DNA of 64,000 nucleotides, taken from assembly GCA_001464315.1 (NCBI GenBank), contig LNFK01000040.1, forward strand, positions 32,607-96,606, given 5' to 3'. Below are positions 33,149 to 43,225 of the stretch, piece by piece. The first letter of the stretch is position 1; each line of letters begins with the position of its first letter. The position numbers and the translations under genes are program-made. The notes under the pieces were generated by a model. The model saw only the letters and a list, made by a program, of their open reading frames with translations. It was not told the origin of the DNA and made no database searches. This DNA comes from Sphingomonadales bacterium Ga0077559. Lineage in GTDB: Bacteria > Pseudomonadota > Alphaproteobacteria > Sphingomonadales > Sphingomonadaceae.

Positions 33149-33784
33149 GTGGATCGGCAGCAGCCCTTCATCTTTGAATCTGATGGCGAGGCAAAGCGCT
33201 TCGCCCCCGCCACTGAACGCAACCGCGATGCCATTGCGAGGGTCCTGAAAGGCATTCTGCCGTCATCGGGTCTAGTGCTGGAAATCGCCAGCGGTACCGG
33301 CGAACATATTGTCCATTTCGCTGCGATGTTTCCGAATTTGAAATGGCAACCGAGCGATTCCGATCCGGCGGCCTTGGCGTCGATCGCCGCGTGGCAAAAT
33401 GATGTTCGAAGCCCGAACTTGCTTGCGCCGTTGAAAATTGACGCGGTTGCGGATTGGGAAATCGGCTACGCCGACGCAATTATCTGCATTAACATGGCCC
33501 ATATCAGCCCATGGTCCGCGACGTTGGGGTTGTTGCGCAACGCTTCGCGCATCCTGGCAAAAGGCGTGCCGCTATATTTATACGGACCCTATATCCAGAA
33601 CAGCGTTCCGACAGCAGCGAGCAATCTGGATTTCGACGAATCGCTCAAAAGCCGCAATCCGGAATGGGGTTTGCGTTCTGTAGAGGCCATCGAAAACGCT
33701 GCCCGAACAGCAGGCTTCGATCTAATTGAAGTCATTCCAATGCCGGCAAACAATCTTTCACTTGTTTTCAGACGCGCCGCATAA
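33149..33784 (+). CDS. DUF938 family SAM-dependent methyltransferase
   Basis: APATERNR, LEIASGTGEH, WQPSD, HISPW, MPANN. Start refined to GTG 33149. Confidence 0.88.
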   Translation: MDRQQPFIFESDGEAKRFAPATERNRDAIARVLKGILPSSGLVLEIASGTGEHIVHFAAMFPNLKWQPSDSDPAALASIAAWQNDVRSPNLLAPLKIDAVADWEIGYADAIICINMAHISPWSATLGLLRNASRILAKGVPLYLYGPYIQNSVPTAASNLDFDESLKSRNPEWGLRSVEAIENAARTAGFDLIEVIPMPANNLSLVFRRAA

Positions 33785-33872
33785 ATTTAATCGCGCGATT
33801 GACTCGCCGCCTTAATCGCAAGAAACACCAACTGGATGGCGCTTGCACGGACGAGCGGCCACGAACAGGAGA

Positions 33873-35429
33873 ATGGCTGTGGGCTTGGCGGTGACCGACA
33901 TACTGACATTTGAAGATTTTTTGCGCCATTGGGCGGACGAACGGCCCGAGCGTGTTGCGCTTCGGCAGGACGATAGGTCCGATAATTATGCCCAGCTTGA
34001 AGATCGTACCGCGCGGATAGCGTCGATGCTGCTCGCGGCTGGCCTTAAAAAAGGCGACCGCATTGCCTGGATCGGCAAGAATAGCGATTTATATTTCAGT
34101 TTGTTTTATGGTGCCGCGCGCGTGGGCATCGTCATGGTGCCAATCGGCTGGCGGCTTGCACCTGCAGAGTGGGTGTATATGGTCAAAGATGCAGAGACCC
34201 GCATCCTGTTCACCGGCGAAGGGTTTGATGGCGCGGGTGACGCGCTGGTTGGTGAAGTCGAGCGAGTCATTGGTGAAGATGAAGCCCGGGCGCTGATCGA
34301 TGCAACTGCTAGGGTTGAATTCGCCGCGGCCGGGCCGGATGATGCGGTCTTACAGCTCTATACCTCAGGAACCACGGGTAACCCAAAAGGTGCGGTGCTA
34401 TCCAACCGCAACCTCTTCGCGCTGCGCAAACATGCAGAAGGATCGGATCAGGCTTACACGAAATGGGATGATGACGAGGTTGTTCTGGTCGCGATGCCGT
34501 GCGCGCATATCGGCGGCACGGGGCTCGGCATCATGGCGGTGGCGGCAGGCTTGCCTGCTTTCGTATTGGCCGAATTTACGCCTGATGCCGTATTCGACGC
34601 CATCGAAACAGGCGGCGTGACGCGGTTGTTCATCGTGCCGGCTGCGCTCCACATCATGCTGCAGCAACCGCGCTGCACGCAGGTCGACTACAGCCGTTTA
34701 AAATATATCCTGTATGGCGCCGCGCCGATGCCGCTTGAATTGCTGCGTCAGTGCATGACGGTATTCAACGCTGAGTTTATTCAGGTCTACGGAATGACCG
34801 AAACGACCGGGACGATCACGATGCTACCGCCGGAGGATCATGATCCCAACGGTAATGCGCGGATGCGATCCGCTGGTAAGCCGCTACCGGGGGTGGAGAT
34901 TCGCATTGTCGATGGCGCCGGTGAAGACCTTGCGCCGCGTGAAGTCGGAGAAATCTGGACCCGGTCTTCCAACAATATGGTTGGTTACTGGAATCTCCCC
35001 GATGCAACAAAAGGTACGGTCGCGGATGGCGGCTGGATCAGAACCGGCGACGCCGGTTTCCTTGACGAGGACGGCTATTTATTCATCCACGACCGGGTGA
35101 AGGACATGATCATCTCTGGTGGAGAGAATGTCTATCCTGCGGAAGTCGAAAGCGCGATCTTCGGTCACCCCGACGTGTTGGAGGTTGCTGTCATCGGCAT
35201 TCCTGACGACAAATGGGGCGAGTCGGTCAAGGCCATCTGCGTACCTCGTCCCGGCGCATCGATTGATTCCGACAGCGTCATTGCCTGGGCGCGGGACAAG
35301 ATTGCCGCTTTCAAGGTGCCTAAGTCAGTCGATGTCATTGCTGCGCTACCGCGCAACGCTACCGGTAAAATCCTGCGCAAAGATTTACGCGCACCTTATT
35401 GGGAAGGACGCGAGCGGCAGGTGAATTAA
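33873..35429 (+). CDS. Long-chain fatty-acid--CoA ligase
   Basis: AMP-binding LYTSGTTGNPKG, YGMTET, TGDAG, DMIISGGENVYPAEVE, terminal GKILRK. Confidence 0.93.
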   Translation: MAVGLAVTDILTFEDFLRHWADERPERVALRQDDRSDNYAQLEDRTARIASMLLAAGLKKGDRIAWIGKNSDLYFSLFYGAARVGIVMVPIGWRLAPAEWVYMVKDAETRILFTGEGFDGAGDALVGEVERVIGEDEARALIDATARVEFAAAGPDDAVLQLYTSGTTGNPKGAVLSNRNLFALRKHAEGSDQAYTKWDDDEVVLVAMPCAHIGGTGLGIMAVAAGLPAFVLAEFTPDAVFDAIETGGVTRLFIVPAALHIMLQQPRCTQVDYSRLKYILYGAAPMPLELLRQCMTVFNAEFIQVYGMTETTGTITMLPPEDHDPNGNARMRSAGKPLPGVEIRIVDGAGEDLAPREVGEIWTRSSNNMVGYWNLPDATKGTVADGGWIRTGDAGFLDEDGYLFIHDRVKDMIISGGENVYPAEVESAIFGHPDVLEVAVIGIPDDKWGESVKAICVPRPGASIDSDSVIAWARDKIAAFKVPKSVDVIAALPRNATGKILRKDLRAPYWEGRERQVN

Positions 35430-36145
35430 GTGCCCAGCGCGGCCATGATGCCCGGCACAAGTTCGGGCTTGCAAATAAGCAGGTCGGGCAAATAGGGATT
35501 GGCATTGTTATAGCGCATTGGTGACCCGTCGAGGCGTACGCAATGCAGGCCTGCAGCCTGCGCCACCGCAACCGGCGCGCAATTGTCCCATTCATATTGG
35601 CCGCCGGTGTGGAGGTAGATGTCGGCCTCACCGCGAACGACCGCCATGGCTTTTGCCCCAGCGCTCCCCATAGGCAGCAGTTCCGCGCCGAGTTTTTCGG
35701 CAAGCGCCACCGCTTCGGCAGCGGGCCGGGTGCGGCTCACGACGATTTTCAGCGGGTCGTTGGTCGGCGGCAAGGCATTTGGCTTTTCCGAGCATAAAGT
35801 CACGCCCAATGCGGGCAGGGCGACCGCTCCTACTGTCGCTATGCCATCTACGGCCAGTGCGACATGGACTGCCCAGTCGCCCCGGCCTTCGCTATATTCG
35901 CGCGTTCCGTCCAAGGGGTCGATTATCCAAACACGGCTGACCGAGCACCGCGACGTGCAGTCGATCTCTTCCTCTGAAAGCAACGCGTCGTCGGGACGCG
36001 CCTTGCGAATTTCAGAGCACAGAAAAATGTTGGCGATGCGGTCGCCTTCATCACCGACCGCCTTGCCGCTGCCGGTCTTCTGTAAAGCGAGCAGCATATT
36101 ACCCGCCTCGGTCGCAAGCCACGCCGCAATTTCGCCGTCGGTCAC
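35426..36145 (-). CDS. cysQ: 3'(2'),5'-bisphosphate nucleotidase
   Basis: [33 protein letters not shown]. Confidence 0.92.
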   Translation of the reverse strand: MTDGEIAAWLATEAGNMLLALQKTGSGKAVGDEGDRIANIFLCSEIRKARPDDALLSEEEIDCTSRCSVSRVWIIDPLDGTREYSEGRGDWAVHVALAVDGIATVGAVALPALGVTLCSEKPNALPPTNDPLKIVVSRTRPAAEAVALAEKLGAELLPMGSAGAKAMAVVRGEADIYLHTGGQYEWDNCAPVAVAQAAGLHCVRLDGSPMRYNNANPYLPDLLICKPELVPGIMAALGT

Positions 36146-38058
36146 AGGTCATGGCTCCAGACGCCGATGACACGTTGGACGATCAACTCGGCCGCCGCTT
36201 CGGGTGTGATCTTTGTCGTATCGATGCGGATATCCGGCTGTGACGGGGCTTCATAAGGGCTATCGATGCCAGTAAAATTCTTGAGTGCGCCGCTTCGTGC
36301 CTTTTTATACAGGCCTTTTACGTCGCGGAGCTCGGCTTCCTCAAGCGGCGTGTCGATGAAGATTTCAAGAAACTCGCCTTCAGGCAGCATGGCACGCACC
36401 ATCTCGCGTTCGGCGCGGAAAGGCGAGATGAACGCGGTCAGCACGATTAACCCGGCGTCGGTCATCAGCTTTGCCACTTCACCGACGCGGCGGATATTCT
36501 CGATCCGGTCGGTATCGGTAAAGCCCAAATCCTTGTTCAGCCCATGTCGCACATTGTCGCCGTCGAGCAGGAAACTGTGCCGTCCAAGCGTAAAAAGTTT
36601 CTTTTCGACCAAATTGGCAATCGTCGACTTGCCCGATCCCGATAGCCCGGTGAACCACAGCAACTTGGGCGATTGCCCCTTTTGCTGAGCATGCGCCTCG
36701 CGGCTGATGTCGATCGCCTGCCAGTGAACATTTTGCGCGCGGCGCAGACTGAAGTTCATCATACCTGCCGCGACAGTAGTGTTGTCGATCTTGTCGATCA
36801 GGATGAAGCCGCCGAGTGTGCGATTTTCGGCATAAGGTTCAAACACGATTTGCCTGTCGCATGTCACTTCGGCCACGCCGATGGCATTCAGCTCCAACGT
36901 CTTGGCAGCTAGATGCTCCATCGTGTTGACATTGACCTGATACTTCGGCGGCTGGACCGTTGCAGATACCATCTGAGTGCCCAGTTTTAGCCAATAGGCG
37001 CGACCAGGCGTTAGAGCTTCGTCGGCCATCCACACCAGATTGGCTTCGAACTGATCGGCAGCTTGTGGCGGATTTTCGGCAGCCGCGATTACGTCACCGC
37101 GTGAACAATCGACTTCATCAGTGAAGCACAATGTTACCGATTGTCCGGCCACGGCCTCGTCAAGATCGCCATCCATTGTCACGATGCGCGATACCGATGA
37201 CGTCTTGCCGCTTGGCAGCACGCGCACAGCATCGCCCTTTTTAACGACGCCGCTGGCGATTTGTCCTGCGAAACCCCGGAAATCGAGATTAGGACGGTTC
37301 ACCCATTGGACGGGCAGACTAAATGGTTTTTGCTGATCGCCTGTGACATCGAGTTCCACGCTTTCGAGCAGTTCGATCAGAGGCTTGCCCTTGTACCAAG
37401 ACATATTCGGCGACAGTGTGGTTATATTATCGCCCTTGAACCCCGAAATCGGAATTGCGGTGAAATCGGTGATGCCGATTTCGCGGGCAAAGCAACGGTA
37501 ATCCTCAACGATATGATCGTATCGCAGAACGTCATAGCCCACCAAATCCATCTTGTTGACCGCGAGGAAAATATTTTTGATGCCGATCAAATGGGCGAGA
37601 TAGCTGTGCCGCCGCGTCTGTGTCAGCACTCCCTTGCGCGCATCGATCAGGATAATCGCAAGGTCAGCGGTAGACGCGCCGGTGACCATGTTGCGGGTAT
37701 ATTGCTCATGCCCGGGCGTGTCGGCCACGATGAATTTGCGTTTTTCAGTAGCGAAGAACCGGTACGCGACGTCAATCGTGATGCCCTGTTCGCGCTCGGC
37801 GGCAAGGCCATCGACCAGCAGCGCAAAGTCGATATCCTGACCTTGCGTCCCAACCCGTTTGCTATCGGCCTCAAGCGCAGCAAGTTGATCTTCAAAGATC
37901 ATCTTAGAGTCGTAAAGTAACCTACCGATTAAAGTAGATTTTCCATCATCGACCGAGCCACAGGTGATGAACCGCAACAACGACTTATGCTGATGTGTTT
38001 CAAGATAGGCGTCGATATTCTCCGCAATCAAGGCATCAGTTTCATATGCTGAGGACAT
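36142..38058 (-). CDS. cysNC: Bifunctional sulfate adenylyltransferase subunit 1 / APS kinase (CysN-CysC, NodQ-like)
   Basis: [27 protein letters not shown], then the APS kinase part [23 protein letters not shown]. Confidence 0.96.
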   Translation of the reverse strand: MSSAYETDALIAENIDAYLETHQHKSLLRFITCGSVDDGKSTLIGRLLYDSKMIFEDQLAALEADSKRVGTQGQDIDFALLVDGLAAEREQGITIDVAYRFFATEKRKFIVADTPGHEQYTRNMVTGASTADLAIILIDARKGVLTQTRRHSYLAHLIGIKNIFLAVNKMDLVGYDVLRYDHIVEDYRCFAREIGITDFTAIPISGFKGDNITTLSPNMSWYKGKPLIELLESVELDVTGDQQKPFSLPVQWVNRPNLDFRGFAGQIASGVVKKGDAVRVLPSGKTSSVSRIVTMDGDLDEAVAGQSVTLCFTDEVDCSRGDVIAAAENPPQAADQFEANLVWMADEALTPGRAYWLKLGTQMVSATVQPPKYQVNVNTMEHLAAKTLELNAIGVAEVTCDRQIVFEPYAENRTLGGFILIDKIDNTTVAAGMMNFSLRRAQNVHWQAIDISREAHAQQKGQSPKLLWFTGLSGSGKSTIANLVEKKLFTLGRHSFLLDGDNVRHGLNKDLGFTDTDRIENIRRVGEVAKLMTDAGLIVLTAFISPFRAEREMVRAMLPEGEFLEIFIDTPLEEAELRDVKGLYKKARSGALKNFTGIDSPYEAPSQPDIRIDTTKITPEAAAELIVQRVIGVWSHDL

Positions 38059-38948
38059 CAGAAATAGCCCTCCTGCTTCTTTTTTTCCATGCTCGCCGCT
38101 TGGTCATGGTCGATGGCTCGGCCTTGCCGTTCCGAGGTCGTGGTGAGCAGCATTTCCTGAATGATTTGAGGCAGCGTCGTGGCTTCGCTCTCGACCGCAC
38201 CAGTCAACGGGTAGCAGCCGAGCGTACGGCGTTCAACCGGAATTTCGTCATCATTCAGTCGGAAGCGCGCGTCATCAACCATAAGCAGCAAGCCGTCTCG
38301 CTCCACCGTCGGCCGAGGCGCGCTGAAATAGAGGGGCACAATCGGGATATTTTCGAGGTGAATATATTGCCAGATGTCGAGTTCGGTCCAGTTCGATATC
38401 GGGAATACCCGAATGCTCTCACCAGCCGCTTTTTTCGCGTTGTAAAGATTCCATAATTCGGGCCGCTGCTGTTTCGGATCCCAGCGGTGGTTGGACGAAC
38501 GGAAGCTGAAAACCCGCTCCTTCGCTCGGCTTTTTTCCTCGTCACGCCGCGCTCCGCCAAAGGCCGCGTCGAAGCCGTAATGATCGAGCGCTTGTTTAAG
38601 CCCTTCGGTCTTCCACATATCGGTGTGCAATCCGCCATGATCGAACGGATTGATGCCGCGCGCGGTCGCCTCCGGGTTTTGCCAAACGAGCAATTCCATG
38701 CCCGCATCCTTCGCGGATTTTTCGCGCATTTCGTACATCGCGCGGAACTTCCACGTGGTGTCGACATGCAACAGCGGAAATGGCGGGGGCGCTGGGTAAA
38801 AGGCCTTTTTTGCCAGATGCAGCATCACCGCGCTGTCCTTGCCAATGCTGTACAGCATCACCGGGCGGGCGGCCTCTGCGACCACCTCGCGCATGATATG
38901 GATGCTTTCCGCCTCAAGCCGTTGCAGATGTGTTAAGTTGCCTGACAT
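38058..38948 (-). CDS. cysD: Sulfate adenylyltransferase subunit 2 (apparent 4-aa deletion)
   Basis: [26 protein letters not shown]. The usual RFRTLGC motif reads ERRTLGC here. Confidence 0.95.
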   Translation of the reverse strand: MSGNLTHLQRLEAESIHIMREVVAEAARPVMLYSIGKDSAVMLHLAKKAFYPAPPPFPLLHVDTTWKFRAMYEMREKSAKDAGMELLVWQNPEATARGINPFDHGGLHTDMWKTEGLKQALDHYGFDAAFGGARRDEEKSRAKERVFSFRSSNHRWDPKQQRPELWNLYNAKKAAGESIRVFPISNWTELDIWQYIHLENIPIVPLYFSAPRPTVERDGLLLMVDDARFRLNDDEIPVERRTLGCYPLTGAVESEATTLPQIIQEMLLTTTSERQGRAIDHDQAASMEKKKQEGYF

Positions 38949-39029
38949 GCACTGCTATTTACGCGCTGTTTGGCTAGCCGCAACAAGCAAAGGCTTGGCA
39001 CGTTTCAACTTCTGCTTGGCTGACGCAGG

Positions 39030-40331
39030 CTAGCGACCGACGCTCGAATAGGCAAAACCGGCTGCTTCGGCTTCACTCGCGCGATAGATATTACGCAAAT
39101 CAATGAGCGCATTGCCCGACATTGCTGTCCGCAATTTTCCAAGATCGAGCGCGCGATAGGCATCCCATTCGGTAACCAGCGCAACAGCGTGTGCGCCGGC
39201 CGCCGCCGCATAGGCGCTGTCGCTCATAATGATTCCAGGCAACAGCTTTGCTGCCTCTTCCATACCCTCTGGGTCATGCGCGTGCACTTCCGCGCCTGCG
39301 TCGATCAGCGTTTGGACAATAGCAATCGATGGCGCGTCGCGCATGTCATCGGTATTTGGTTTGAAGGTCAGTCCAAGCAGCGCGACTTTCTTGCCGCGCG
39401 CGTCGCCGCCCAAAGCGTTGACGATTTTGCGGCCCATCGCGCGTTTGCGTAAGTCATTGGCCTGTACCACAGCTTCAACGATCCGCACTGGCGTATCATT
39501 GTCTTGCGCCGTCTTGAGCAACGCCAGCGTGTCTTTCGGAAAGCAGCTGCCGCCATATCCCGGACCGGCATGCAGGAATTTGCTGCCAATGCGGTTATCG
39601 AGACCAATCCCGCGCGAGACGTCCTGAACATCAGCGCCCAGTTTTTCGCACAGATCAGCCATTTCGTTGATGAATGTGATCTTGGTCGCCAGAAACGCAT
39701 TTGCCGCATATTTGATCAGTTCGGACGAACGCCGGCTGGTGAACAATATCGGTGATTCGTTCAGGAATAATGGCCGGTAGACCGCACGCATAACATCGCG
39801 CGCCCATTCATCATCGCTGCCCACTACGATCCGGTCAGGGCGCTTGAAATCGCCGATCGCCGCACCTTCGCGCAAGAATTCGGGGTTGGAGACCACGGCA
39901 AATTCAAGCGCGGGATTGGCTTCGCGAATGATCCGTTCGACCTCATCACCGGTACCTACAGGGACGGTGGATTTGGTGACCACCACCGTTTTGGGTTCAA
40001 TGCCTGCAGCCAGTTCCGCTGCCGCTGCATAGACATAGCTCAGGTCGGCATGGCCGTCGCCTCGGCGCGAGGGCGTTCCGACGGCGATAAAAACAGCTTC
40101 GCAGCCTCTTACCGATGCCTCCAGATCGGTGGAAAAGGACAGGCGGCCCGCATCAACGTTGGTTTTAACCAACGCTTCGAGCCCCGGCTCGTAGATCGGC
40201 ATTACACCAGAGTTGAGCCGGTCAATCTTGCCCGGGTCCTTATCGACGCAGACTACGTCATGGCCGAAGTCGGCAAAGCACGCACCGGAAACGAGGCCCA
40301 CATAGCCTGAGCCTATCATAGCGATTTTCAT
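39030..40331 (-). CDS. ugd: UDP-glucose 6-dehydrogenase
   Basis: IGSGYVGL, KSTVPVG, SNPEFLREG, GYGGSCFPKD, FKPNTDD. Confidence 0.95.
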   Translation of the reverse strand: MKIAMIGSGYVGLVSGACFADFGHDVVCVDKDPGKIDRLNSGVMPIYEPGLEALVKTNVDAGRLSFSTDLEASVRGCEAVFIAVGTPSRRGDGHADLSYVYAAAAELAAGIEPKTVVVTKSTVPVGTGDEVERIIREANPALEFAVVSNPEFLREGAAIGDFKRPDRIVVGSDDEWARDVMRAVYRPLFLNESPILFTSRRSSELIKYAANAFLATKITFINEMADLCEKLGADVQDVSRGIGLDNRIGSKFLHAGPGYGGSCFPKDTLALLKTAQDNDTPVRIVEAVVQANDLRKRAMGRKIVNALGGDARGKKVALLGLTFKPNTDDMRDAPSIAIVQTLIDAGAEVHAHDPEGMEEAAKLLPGIIMSDSAYAAAAGAHAVALVTEWDAYRALDLGKLRTAMSGNALIDLRNIYRASEAEAAGFAYSSVGR

Positions 40332-40379
40332 TATGGACTTTCTTTTTCAAAATCTGGCGTTGCTAAGCCAATACGGCCT

Positions 40380-40810
40380 GGTGTGATTTTCGACAAGCCC
40401 AGGCTCTTTAATGGTGGGAGGTAAAAATAGGCTGAACCGAGCGGCGATGCCTCCAACGCTAAGCGGCATTACAATGCGCGTGGCATCCCTCTCGTTGCCC
40501 AAGCAGTCGAGCGGGGGGAGCTTGATATCGTTATCAATAACAAGGAAGCGATATCACATGGCCTCGCGGGGGGAGATGTTACCCGGAGAACTGCTTCCTG
40601 CTGACGTAGCTGCGCTACATGGTAATTATGTTCGTGTTTGGGGCGCGCTCTGGCTGGCAGGTGAGGTATTGCCGGCAGGCACCAATTCTATCGCCATCGA
40701 TATTCCGCATACAGGGTCCTACATCCCGAATGGCAATTTCGTCGTCGATGGGGCAAGCTATAAGCGAGGCGAGATGATCGAGCTGGGCGACGGAGATAAA
40801 TTCGCCAATG
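40380..40810 (+). pseudogene. Degenerate gene remnant (frameshift and stop codons), possibly the C-terminal part of a membrane glycosyltransferase-like protein
   Basis: Protein-like text in one frame (HYNARGIPLVAQAVERGELDIVINNKEAISHGLAG) continues in the adjacent frame (LLPADVAALHGNYVRVWGALWLAG). Stops at 40422 and 40428; no SD or plausible start. The family guess is from memory only. Confidence 0.45.
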
Positions 40811-42296
40811 CGGAGCGGTGCGACGGAAAATTTTGCGCACAGCCGCCGATGAAACGGTCAATTTGTTCCATATCCGCCAAGTCCATGCCTTCGGTAGACG
40901 CCAACAGCTTTGCATCAGGCGGAAACGTGCCGTAGCCTGCAAACAGGCAATGCCATGATAGCGAGCTGTAATAGCGGCCAATATCGAGACTATGGATTTC
41001 TGCTGACAGATCAGCACCGGTAAACCAAGCGGTCATCACCGATTTGAGATTATCCGACAGGTTTTGGTTAGCGGCATTGGCTCGCCAATAGTCGCTGTCA
41101 GTGCGCTGGTTCATCCTGTAGTGCGCAACGATATAGTCTCGGATTCCATCATAGCGATGCCCGATATTCTTATTGAAAGAAGACGCGTGTTTGTCGGACT
41201 GCCCGCCATCCTCAAAAGCCTGAATAAAGCCTTCGACCGTTGCCTGCACGATATGCAGCGCGGTTGCCTCCAGCGGTTCGATAAAGCCTTGTGACAGGCC
41301 GACTGCGAGGCAGTTTTTCACCCAGCTGCGTTCAACCCGACCGACGTTCATTTGCAAATGCCGCGCCTCGACGTCGCTGTCGAGCAACCCCAGATGACGC
41401 CGCAGTTCGTTTTCGGCGGCGTGGGTATCGATGTAATGCGACGAATAGACGTAGCCATTGCCCGCGCGGCCCGTCAGCGGAATGCGCCATGCCCAACCTG
41501 CCGAAAGCGCGGTGGCGCGGGTTTCGCTCGGCAGATAGCCCTCATCATTGGGTGTCGGCATCGCGACTGCACGGTTGTTGAACAGGTTTTCGGTGAAAGG
41601 TATGAAAGGTACTTTCAATGCCTTTTGAATAATCGCCCCGCGGAATCCGCTGCAGTCAATGAAGAAGTCGCCCGAGATCCCTTCGCTGCCCTCGACGTGA
41701 AGGGACGCGACACTGCCTTCCTCGTCCAGCATGACCTCGGACACTGTGCGCTCGAGATAGGCGACGTTAAGCTTGGTCGTCGCATGTTCGCGTAAAACAT
41801 GGCCAACCAAAACAGCATCAAAATGATAGCCATAGCCGATCTGGAACGGGAAATTAGTTGGCGCTATGGGCGCACGCCGTTCGGCGGCAATCCGCGCTGG
41901 CAGGAAGAACCGGTCAGGATGGGCATAGACATCACGCCCCGTCCGACGCGCGCGGGTGTGGAAGGCGAATTGTGGTTCGGTAAAACCGTCGAGATTGGTG
42001 TGAAACGGGTGAAAATAGCTCTCAAACCCCGGTCGCTCAGACCAGCCGTGAAAACTGATCCCGGCCTTATAGGTTGCATTGCATTTCGGCATCCATTCGG
42101 ATTCGGTAAGACCAAGCGTATCGAAAAACGCCTTCAATTGCGGCGTTGAACCTTCGCCGACGCCAATGATCCCGATGTCGGGAGACTCAACAACCGTAAC
42201 CTTATGCTGCGGCCATGTTTTTGCGACTAGGCAGGCGGCCATCCAGCCTGCTGTGCCGCCGCCTAGAACGACAAAGTGAAGTTGTTGCTCTGCCAT
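40758..42296 (-). CDS. Flavin-dependent tryptophan-halogenase-family protein (copy B)
   Basis: GGGTAGW, GVGEGS, conserved Lys (TYKAGI), WAWRIP, FIEPLEAT. ATG overlaps the upstream TAA. Confidence 0.9.
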   Translation of the reverse strand: MAEQQLHFVVLGGGTAGWMAACLVAKTWPQHKVTVVESPDIGIIGVGEGSTPQLKAFFDTLGLTESEWMPKCNATYKAGISFHGWSERPGFESYFHPFHTNLDGFTEPQFAFHTRARRTGRDVYAHPDRFFLPARIAAERRAPIAPTNFPFQIGYGYHFDAVLVGHVLREHATTKLNVAYLERTVSEVMLDEEGSVASLHVEGSEGISGDFFIDCSGFRGAIIQKALKVPFIPFTENLFNNRAVAMPTPNDEGYLPSETRATALSAGWAWRIPLTGRAGNGYVYSSHYIDTHAAENELRRHLGLLDSDVEARHLQMNVGRVERSWVKNCLAVGLSQGFIEPLEATALHIVQATVEGFIQAFEDGGQSDKHASSFNKNIGHRYDGIRDYIVAHYRMNQRTDSDYWRANAANQNLSDNLKSVMTAWFTGADLSAEIHSLDIGRYYSSLSWHCLFAGYGTFPPDAKLLASTEGMDLADMEQIDRFIGGCAQNFPSHRSALANLSPSPSSIISPRL

Positions 42297-43225
42297 TAGC
42301 GGAGTTGTAGCATCCAACCGAAGATATCGTCCATCCGCGCCGCCCAGGCATTTTCCTCGTGCGGCGTGCCTTCATATACTCGGCTGGAAAAATCGCGGCC
42401 GTTGCGCCAGCCGTTTGCAACCAACGCGGCGTCGAGATTTTCCTGATAGGGCTGGTAAAATGCATCGAGCGTTTCGGTACCATGGTCGAACCAGATCCGG
42501 CGGCCTCCGGGTTTCCCCAGCTCCTGCTTCACATAGGTCCGCCATGCCGCAAATATGTCCTCGCGCTCAGCCGAGGTCCAATTTGGATTGCCGAGCGGAA
42601 GATGCGTCGAAACTGCACCTGCCGTGCCAAAAACCTTCGGATATTTGGTTATGGCATAGAGCGAGATTAGCCCACCCATGCTCGAGCCAGCTATCGCGGT
42701 ATGCTTGCGGTCTTTTCTTGTACGATAATCGCGGTCGATTTTGGGTTTCAGTTCATCAACGATAAACTTCAGATATTCGTCAGAGATAATCGGTTTGCCG
42801 TTGCCCTGCGTCGCCAGCTTTTTGACGACCGCCGGGGAAAGCAAGTCGGCCATCACGTGCGGAAAATATTGTCGCCCGCGATCCTCGCCGGGCTGGTCGA
42901 TGCCGACGATGATGAATGGCTTGACTTTATTTGCCTCGATCAGGCGCAACGCCGATTTGTCCGCCGCCCAGACTTTGTTGAAATTCGAACGCTTGGGTTC
43001 GAACAGGTTCTGGCCGTCGTGCATGTAAACAACGCCATAGCGCCGCTTGGAGGCGTCATAACCAGGCGGTAACCACAGCACGACTTTGGTTGGCGCAATA
43101 TATTTCGACTGCAGTGCTCCCAAATCGACGAAACGCCCCTTATCGTGTGCCGATGCTTTCATCGGCATCAGTGCGACGACCGCGGTCGCGACCGATGATA
43201 CGATCAGCGAGCGCCGCCCGATCAC
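42296..43225 (-). CDS. Alpha/beta-hydrolase (putative esterase) with Tat-like signal peptide
   Basis: MIGRRSLIVSSVATAVVA..ASA, YMHDGQNLF, nucleophile elbow GSSMGG, DHG, terminal HEENAW. Confidence 0.88.
   Translation of the reverse strand: MIGRRSLIVSSVATAVVALMPMKASAHDKGRFVDLGALQSKYIAPTKVVLWLPPGYDASKRRYGVVYMHDGQNLFEPKRSNFNKVWAADKSALRLIEANKVKPFIIVGIDQPGEDRGRQYFPHVMADLLSPAVVKKLATQGNGKPIISDEYLKFIVDELKPKIDRDYRTRKDRKHTAIAGSSMGGLISLYAITKYPKVFGTAGAVSTHLPLGNPNWTSAEREDIFAAWRTYVKQELGKPGGRRIWFDHGTETLDAFYQPYQENLDAALVANGWRNGRDFSSRVYEGTPHEENAWAARMDDIFGWMLQLR

Noticed and set aside
33787-33802. Palindrome TTAATCGCGCGATTGA before the acyl-CoA ligase
   Set aside because: A single short imperfect palindrome with no T-tract, second copy or nearby regulator; not enough to call.
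40411-40935. 174-aa plus-strand ORF as an intact gene
   Set aside because: It has no SD, a nonsensical N-terminus and a C-terminus antisense to halogenase B; it is better explained as a frameshifted remnant.
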